Below, piece after piece: positions 58,579 through 64,000 of a stretch of DNA of 64,000 nt. This DNA is from Candidatus Culexmicrobium cathedralense (lineage in GTDB: Archaea; Thermoproteota; Methanomethylicia; Culexarchaeales; Culexmicrobiaceae): assembly GCA_025061115.1 (NCBI GenBank), contig JANZKC010000001.1:704001-768000 (forward strand). The letters are read 5' to 3'. A program made the translations under genes and the position numbers. The stretch's first letter is position 1; every line of letters begins with the position of its first letter. The notes beneath the pieces are model-generated. The model had not been told where the DNA came from and searched no databases. It worked only from the letters and a program-made list of their open reading frames with translations.

Positions 58579-59728
58579 GAGCGTTAGTGCGAATTCCTTT
58601 TGGGTGAAAGTGGGTTCTCGACGCAAAAAAGCCCATTTCCCGAAGCTTCCTGACAACTTCACCTATGGGTGGAGACGATCTCCTAAGTTTGCTTGCAATT
58701 GCATCTAGGATAAAGTAGGTTGGAGGTCCATCAACCTCTTCTAAAATTACATTTAGAAGGCGCTTCACCCGCGCAGCGTTATCTAATTCCTTTTCACTGA
58801 AAGCATTCAGCATCCCCTCGACAAAGCTTCTGTCAAATATCGGCCCGCACCACATTGGGCCTCCAATGAGGAGGGGGGATTTGCATTGGGGACATGAGGA
58901 GGGAATGGGGGAAGCCACTCCACCAACAATGCCTCTAAAATAGCAATTTTTACAGTAAACAACGTAGCCCATTAACTTGAGCACCTCATTCGCCTTCATA
59001 GCGCTTCTCCTAAGAGCAGCGTAAACTCTAATGTAATGGTCGGTTGCATGGGAGAAGACGATCTGCGCAGCGAAATTTGCTTCCGCAGCTTTCTTAATTA
59101 GACATCCAGCTAATAGGCGGATGGCAATTTCATGGCAGAAGTCCACTCTCAGGGGCATGCCGCCGTACTTTCTCAGGCAGGTTAGCGGATACTTCCCGCA
59201 AAGAGGCGGCATGTCAGTTGCAGTTAAGCATAGAAGGCCTCCATCCCTGAGAGCTCGAATTGAAGATTCTATGAAGGGCACTGGAGAGCCGAATGGATCT
59301 ATGTCAATTACATCAAAACGCAGTTGAGAAGAAGAATGTCTTAGGAGAAGCAGTCTCGCATCAAGGCACGTGACATCTACTAGAGACTCAAGATTGTTTA
59401 ACTTGACATTTTCAAGGGCAAGGTCCGCGGCTTTGGGATCTACATCGTTTAATAAAACATGCTCTACGCCATCAACCTCGGATGCGTACCGCAACCCCCT
59501 AACACCAGTTGCAGTTAGAGGATCACAAACTCTAATGGGCTTTTTGACCTGCCGCTGGAAGGTTTGGATTGCAAGTACGCCGACATCTCTGCTAAGAGAT
59601 GCTCTAGAATTGTAAAACACGGGGGCATATGTAGGGTCAAATCTACCCTCACTATTTTTAAAGTAGTTTGGATCTGGAATTAGGAGCTTCACCTTCCCCT
59701 CTTTAATTAATAGCTTCGGAAAGCTCAA
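58541..59728 (-). CDS. trm1: tRNA (guanine-26-N2)-dimethyltransferase
   Basis: VFYN, ATGVRGLRY, DIDPFGSP, TATD, CKNC..CPQC and SRTHF; TTG start at 59728. Confidence 0.93.
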   Translation of the reverse strand: MSFPKLLIKEGKVKLLIPDPNYFKNSEGRFDPTYAPVFYNSRASLSRDVGVLAIQTFQRQVKKPIRVCDPLTATGVRGLRYASEVDGVEHVLLNDVDPKAADLALENVKLNNLESLVDVTCLDARLLLLRHSSSQLRFDVIDIDPFGSPVPFIESSIRALRDGGLLCLTATDMPPLCGKYPLTCLRKYGGMPLRVDFCHEIAIRLLAGCLIKKAAEANFAAQIVFSHATDHYIRVYAALRRSAMKANEVLKLMGYVVYCKNCYFRGIVGGVASPIPSSCPQCKSPLLIGGPMWCGPIFDRSFVEGMLNAFSEKELDNAARVKRLLNVILEEVDGPPTYFILDAIASKLRRSSPPIGEVVRKLREMGFFASRTHFHPKGIRTNAPISKIRKALSSC

Positions 59729-59735
59729 TGGAAAG

Positions 59736-60269
59736 CTACCTCCTCGATTGGGATAGGATTCTTCTGAGGATGATTTCGGGCAGCCTTTCGCGGTTTTGCA
59801 GTGTGACTTCAAACACCTCGGGATTAAGATTGCTGAAAACCCTTTGCATAGCACCACTTAATCGCCAGTGAATCACGGCGATTACAGGCTTACCGCTCTT
59901 AAATGCAGTATAAACTGCATTTTCAAAGGACTTGCTTTTCAACTCCATTGGGCCTACCTCATCGATAACTATGACGTCTGCTGACGTAAGCGCTTTAGAA
60001 ATGGCATTAACACCTATGCTTTCCAAGTCGCGCAAGTTCACCCCATACTTGCCAACGCGAACTCTTGTTTTGAAATTTACATGGGCAAGCCAGCCCTCAG
60101 AACTGGAAAGAAGGTCGATTATTTTGAATCCAACACGGCTACGACCAATCCTCACCTCTGGGCAGATGACGCCGCCCACCCTCAAATTCAAAGATTTAAG
60201 TGAATCTATAACTCTCCTGCACACCGTCGATTTGCCGACGCCTGGACGTCCAGTTATGAAAATAAGCAT
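59736..60269 (-). CDS. Nucleoside triphosphatase THEP1/HCR-NTPase
   Basis: ITGRPGVGKST, RVGKYGV and IDEVGPMEL. Confidence 0.9.
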   Translation of the reverse strand: MLIFITGRPGVGKSTVCRRVIDSLKSLNLRVGGVICPEVRIGRSRVGFKIIDLLSSSEGWLAHVNFKTRVRVGKYGVNLRDLESIGVNAISKALTSADVIVIDEVGPMELKSKSFENAVYTAFKSGKPVIAVIHWRLSGAMQRVFSNLNPEVFEVTLQNRERLPEIILRRILSQSRR

Positions 60270-60343
60270 AATGCAAGCCCCAAAACATACAAAAAACATT
60301 AACTTATTAAGACTCTCGCATCAATTGCTACTTGGTATTTGAA

Positions 60344-61042
60344 ATGATGAAGCAAAGCCATGGCGGAGAAAAACTAATTGCAGGAGTGGACGACGCGGGG
60401 CGGGGGCCTGTAATAGGGCCGCTGGTAATTGCAGGAGTGCTGATTAATGAGACCAACGTTCAGAAGCTCGTAGAAATTGGCGTTCGAGATTCCAAACTAT
60501 TAACACCTCAAAAAAGAAGCAAGCTTGCAGTGAAAATAATGCAAATTGCAGAAAAGTGGACTTATGAAGTAATTCCCCCAAGCACGATAGACCGCGCAGT
60601 GCGCTGCAAACGCAGGGGGAAGGGAGGGCTACTTAATGAATTAGAGGCTGAAGCAATGGCACGAGTAATACTGAAACTGAAGCCAGACGTAGCGTACGTC
60701 GACGCCTCGGACACTAATGAAGAGCGGTTTGGCGAACTAATTAGGAGAAGCCTACCATTCAAAGTTGAGATAGTATCCAAGCATAAAGCTGATGAAATTT
60801 TCCCAGCGGTCTCAGCAGCATCAATACTTGCTAAGGTTAAGCGAGACAGGATAATAGGGGAGTTAAGAAGGATTTATGGGGATTTTGGCTCCGGATATCC
60901 TACAGATCCTAAAACGGTAGAATTTTTAAAGCGATATTTGAGAGAGCACGGAGAGTATCCTGACATTGTTAGAAAAAGCTGGAAAACAGTCAGGAAAATT
61001 AAAAATGAAATTCACCAAGAAAAGCTCGATAAACACTTATAG
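60344..61042 (+). CDS. rnhB: Ribonuclease HII
   Basis: GVDDAGRGPVIGP, DSK, VSAASILAKV, GSGYPTDP and a C-terminal PIP-like QEKLDKHL. Confidence 0.95.
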   Translation: MMKQSHGGEKLIAGVDDAGRGPVIGPLVIAGVLINETNVQKLVEIGVRDSKLLTPQKRSKLAVKIMQIAEKWTYEVIPPSTIDRAVRCKRRGKGGLLNELEAEAMARVILKLKPDVAYVDASDTNEERFGELIRRSLPFKVEIVSKHKADEIFPAVSAASILAKVKRDRIIGELRRIYGDFGSGYPTDPKTVEFLKRYLREHGEYPDIVRKSWKTVRKIKNEIHQEKLDKHL

Positions 61043-61495
61043 GCGAGATGAAAAGGCAAAGCCAATGACGATTGACGTTCTAAGCTTCCTTCTCAATTTG
61101 AAAACTTGGGGTCGATATAAGTATACTGGTAAGGCGACTTCCTCTACGGATTGCACCCCCTCACTTCCGAGGACTTTGAGAACTACATATGCTTCAACCT
61201 TATCTCCTAGGACTTGAAAAACGCCTCCGCCTAGGTCTATGCGCCTTAAAAGCACTATTGGTAGCTTTAGTTTATCATGTAAATTTTCAGGGATAATTTC
61301 TGAAAGCCTTTCAAGTTCCTCCTTGTCGAATATGATTTGAGAGCCGCTTTTCGTTTTAACCATTGGAGTGGGCGATTCGAGTAATTGGCTCAGCGCCTTG
61401 AATTCCTTAGGTAAGTGGTCATTTATTCGCTCTATATCTGCCTTCCAAATCTTATTTAGAAGGCCCTCGGCTACCCTAACATTCCTATTAAACAT
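61037..61495 (-). CDS. DUF61 family protein
   Basis: INDHLP...LSQLL, FDKEEL and LKLPIVL; usual neighbour of fibrillarin. Confidence 0.75.
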   Translation of the reverse strand: MFNRNVRVAEGLLNKIWKADIERINDHLPKEFKALSQLLESPTPMVKTKSGSQIIFDKEELERLSEIIPENLHDKLKLPIVLLRRIDLGGGVFQVLGDKVEAYVVLKVLGSEGVQSVEEVALPVYLYRPQVFKLRRKLRTSIVIGFAFSSRL

Positions 61496-61502
61496 TTCAA
61501 CT

Positions 61503-62198
61503 TCAACCTTTCTCGTATCTAGCAACCACCATTGCATGAGCCTTATCAAATGGCTCTAAATGGACTGTCCCTATAATTTCGAATCCTCTCCTCTTCAGAG
61601 TGTCGATCTCTCGCTTGTACACCTCTGAGGGTGCCATGGTTACATCTACACTTCTAGCCTTTATTGCCAACATTATTTCCCCACCATCCTTTAGGAACAT
61701 GTCTGCATTATCCGCAAGAAGCTTTGCCTGTTCAGGCTGAGCAACATCGCAGTAAATTGCATCGACTTGAGGAACTATTGTTCTATAAAGCGAAGGTTTG
61801 CGGGCGTCGGCAAGTATTGGAATCATGTTTTTCCTGCGTTCACATACTGTGATTAGCTCTCTAACGACTCTAGGGGCAAACTCGACGCAGTAAACGGTGC
61901 CTTCTGGGCCGACAATATCGCTGACGTGGCTAGCGGTTGTTCCCGTAGCTGCACCTAAATATAGTACCTTTAATCTAGGTTTTACTGAGATGTGCTCTAT
62001 CCCCTTTAGGATTGCAGCTGCGAGCTTGCTTCTATAAGCATTCCAAATTCGGTACTCAACACCCTGGTATTTTATGAGAAGCTCGCCATAAACTTTAAAG
62101 CCTGGAGCCAGATTTACTGTTGCCAACCTTTTTGAGCCGTCCTCCATCTCAGCCCAGTAAACTCCTTCAAATTTCTCATGAGGATAGATTTCCACCAT
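61503..62198 (-). CDS. flpA: Fibrillarin rRNA/tRNA 2'-O-methyltransferase
   Basis: YRIWNAYRSKLAAA, LYLGAATGTT.SHVSD, DVAQP and KARSVD. Confidence 0.97.
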   Translation of the reverse strand: MVEIYPHEKFEGVYWAEMEDGSKRLATVNLAPGFKVYGELLIKYQGVEYRIWNAYRSKLAAAILKGIEHISVKPRLKVLYLGAATGTTASHVSDIVGPEGTVYCVEFAPRVVRELITVCERRKNMIPILADARKPSLYRTIVPQVDAIYCDVAQPEQAKLLADNADMFLKDGGEIMLAIKARSVDVTMAPSEVYKREIDTLKRRGFEIIGTVHLEPFDKAHAMVVARYEKG

Positions 62199-62203
62199 TT
62201 ATT

Positions 62204-63436
62204 TCACCTCTTCTTCCTTCTCTTTTTGGGAGGTCTTCTTCTCACAATTCTCTTGGGAGGCTTAGCGTAGAGCTTCTTAATTTCTTCAATTCTTTTTCTC
62301 AAATCCTCTTTTAACTCATCGGCAATATATGTACCTGTGAAGGCATCAACCCTTGCAGCTATAGCGAGCTTGCCTGCTAATGCCCTCGCAATTTTACCTC
62401 TCTGCCACCTCGGAGATCTATGAATCTCAGGATACTGAAATATTACTCCGTGCTTAGGCGGCTTAGCTCCACTTCGCAGGGCGCGGAACAGCGCTTTCTC
62501 AGCGCCGAGAACCTGTATGGTGCTCGCTGGAAGTCGAGACAACTCCTCAAGGCCGCCAGCCAAAGCTATTAGCCTAGCTCCAATTAGAGCGCCTACTAAG
62601 CCTTTAATGTTTGGAGCGACTTCATCCATGGTTTGCTCGATGTAATTTTCAAGCTCATCTCTCATCCTGTACATTTCATTGATTATGGAGGATATTCTCA
62701 TTATTGGCTCGATGTCCATCTCAGCTATATCCGCACCGACGGAAGCACTTGCAATTGAGGATATCTTCCTTGCACGGGATTCAGGAAACCCTAATTTAAT
62801 GAGGTTTTCTTCAGTGAAATTGCGTCTCAACCCTAGTGATGACACCAGCCTGATGAAGCTGCTGTGATCTCTTACAAGGTCATTTAGCTCTGGAAAGTGT
62901 ACTCCATACCACTCCCTTAGCCTTGAAACTAGAAGATTTATCGATTTATTTAAGTCGTCTATGGCATTAACTGCATGGGCAATTAGTAGGTCTCTCTTCT
63001 CAGCAGCTTCCCTAAGCTTCTTCCTAGTCATGATGACTGAGACTGAAGAAATGAAGCTGGAGGCCTCTTCAAGGGATTGGGAGAGGCCCAACTTTAAAGC
63101 CAAATCCTCGATCTCGCCCCTAATCTTCTTAGCTACAAGATTACCTACCTCAACAGTTACAGGGATGTCAATAATTGACTTTAAAGATCTGGCCAGCACC
63201 TCATCTTCAACAACTGCAGCTTTGACACCCATGGAAATCAGCTTATTACATAGCCTCTTCAGTTCCTCAATGACCTTTCCTTCCTCCAGCTTGAGTAGTT
63301 TCTCAGCCACTTCATCAGCATCTTTGGGCATGGCTTCAAAAGCTAATACTTCGCCCTTCTCATCACAAGCGAAAAGCGCAAATCCCGTTTCAACCAGGTA
63401 AGCTTTTCCAATGTCAGATTTTTTAAAATTGCTCAT
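62204..63436 (-). CDS. nop5: C/D box RNP protein Nop5 (Nop56/58)
   Basis: RLREWYGVHFPEL, PASTIQVLGAEKALF and PPKHGVIFQ. Confidence 0.97.
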   Translation of the reverse strand: MSNFKKSDIGKAYLVETGFALFACDEKGEVLAFEAMPKDADEVAEKLLKLEEGKVIEELKRLCNKLISMGVKAAVVEDEVLARSLKSIIDIPVTVEVGNLVAKKIRGEIEDLALKLGLSQSLEEASSFISSVSVIMTRKKLREAAEKRDLLIAHAVNAIDDLNKSINLLVSRLREWYGVHFPELNDLVRDHSSFIRLVSSLGLRRNFTEENLIKLGFPESRARKISSIASASVGADIAEMDIEPIMRISSIINEMYRMRDELENYIEQTMDEVAPNIKGLVGALIGARLIALAGGLEELSRLPASTIQVLGAEKALFRALRSGAKPPKHGVIFQYPEIHRSPRWQRGKIARALAGKLAIAARVDAFTGTYIADELKEDLRKRIEEIKKLYAKPPKRIVRRRPPKKRRKKR

Positions 63437-63512
63437 TGACTACACCACCCATGATTTTCTCAACAATCCTTTAAAGCTTTTACATAATAAGGTAATAAGG
63501 GTTGCAGTCACA

Positions 63513-64000
63513 ATGGCTTCAGCAGACTTAACGGTCAAGATAGCCTCACTTAAATTGAGAAACCCATTAATTTTAGCTTCAGGCGTTTTAGGGAATACCG
63601 GCGCGATTCTTCGACGAGTTGCTGAAGCAGGAGCTGGAGCTGTCACTACAAAGTCTATAGGGCTTAAGCCTAGAAAGGGGTACGCAAACCCAACTATAGT
63701 TGAAGTAGACTGCGGATTCATAAACGCCATGGGGCTGCCAAATCCAGGAGTTGACGAATTCATAGAGGAGCTGAAAATAGCGAAGGAGGGGGGAGTCCCA
63801 GTTATAGCATCTGTCTTTGGCTCGAGCCCGAAGGAGTACGCGGAGGTCGCGCATAAGCTGGAGGATGCTGGAGCTGACGCTATTGAACTTAACCTGTCCT
63901 GCCCCCATGCAGGCGGATTAATACATTTCTCGCAAAACCCCAAGAAAGCATATGAAGTAGTAAAAGAGGTGAAAAGCACGGTTCGAATCCCCGTTTTCGC
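63513..64000 (+). CDS. pyrD: Dihydroorotate dehydrogenase family 1 (runs off the window end; absent from the ORF track)
   Basis: MASADLTVKIASLKLRNPLILASG, VTTKS, NAMGLPNPG and IELNLSCPH. Confidence 0.92.
   Translation, partial: MASADLTVKIASLKLRNPLILASGVLGNTGAILRRVAEAGAGAVTTKSIGLKPRKGYANPTIVEVDCGFINAMGLPNPGVDEFIEELKIAKEGGVPVIASVFGSSPKEYAEVAHKLEDAGADAIELNLSCPHAGGLIHFSQNPKKAYEVVKEVKSTVRIPVF

Noticed and set aside
63975-64000. GGTTCGAATCCCC resembling a tRNA T arm
   Set aside because: Lies inside the pyrD reading frame with no cloverleaf upstream.
1-64000. CRISPR arrays, IS elements, rRNA genes and the many antisense ORFs in the track
   Set aside because: No repeat-spacer periodicity, transposase motifs or rRNA-like sequence seen; the antisense ORFs shadow well-supported genes.

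Overview
Archaeal chromosomal segment, most likely a (hyper)thermophilic TACK/Thermoproteota lineage: it encodes crenactin, TFE-beta, Nop5/fibrillarin and BHB-intron tRNAs, and uses Shine-Dalgarno-led overlapping operons. Most of the window is housekeeping: a glycosylation cluster, the porGDAB operon, tmcA, pantoate kinase, thrC, glmM-uppS, the rps8e-srp19-gar1-tfb-tfeB-rlmE block, trm1, rnhB, fibrillarin/nop5 and pyrD. There are four tRNA genes (Gly-TCC, Glu-CTC with intron, Leu-TAG, Glu-TTC with intron). An AbiE type IV toxin-antitoxin pair with a perfect 18-bp inverted repeat sits behind tRNA-Gly, and 15-25 kb contains several decayed accessory genes. The best candidate for an undescribed system is the tightly coupled 7-gene minus-strand operon at 41448-46074. 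It encodes two membrane proteins, a degenerate HerA/VirB4-like ATPase with a C-terminal winged helix, a small basic protein, a full-length RadA paralog lacking the FxxA Phe, a CxC-x15-CxH SWIM protein and an inactive RadB-like fold. This resembles a eukaryotic Shu-complex-like recombination mediator linked to a membrane module, opposite a membrane-bound ArsR regulator. All calls come from motif recognition by eye; no database searches were run.
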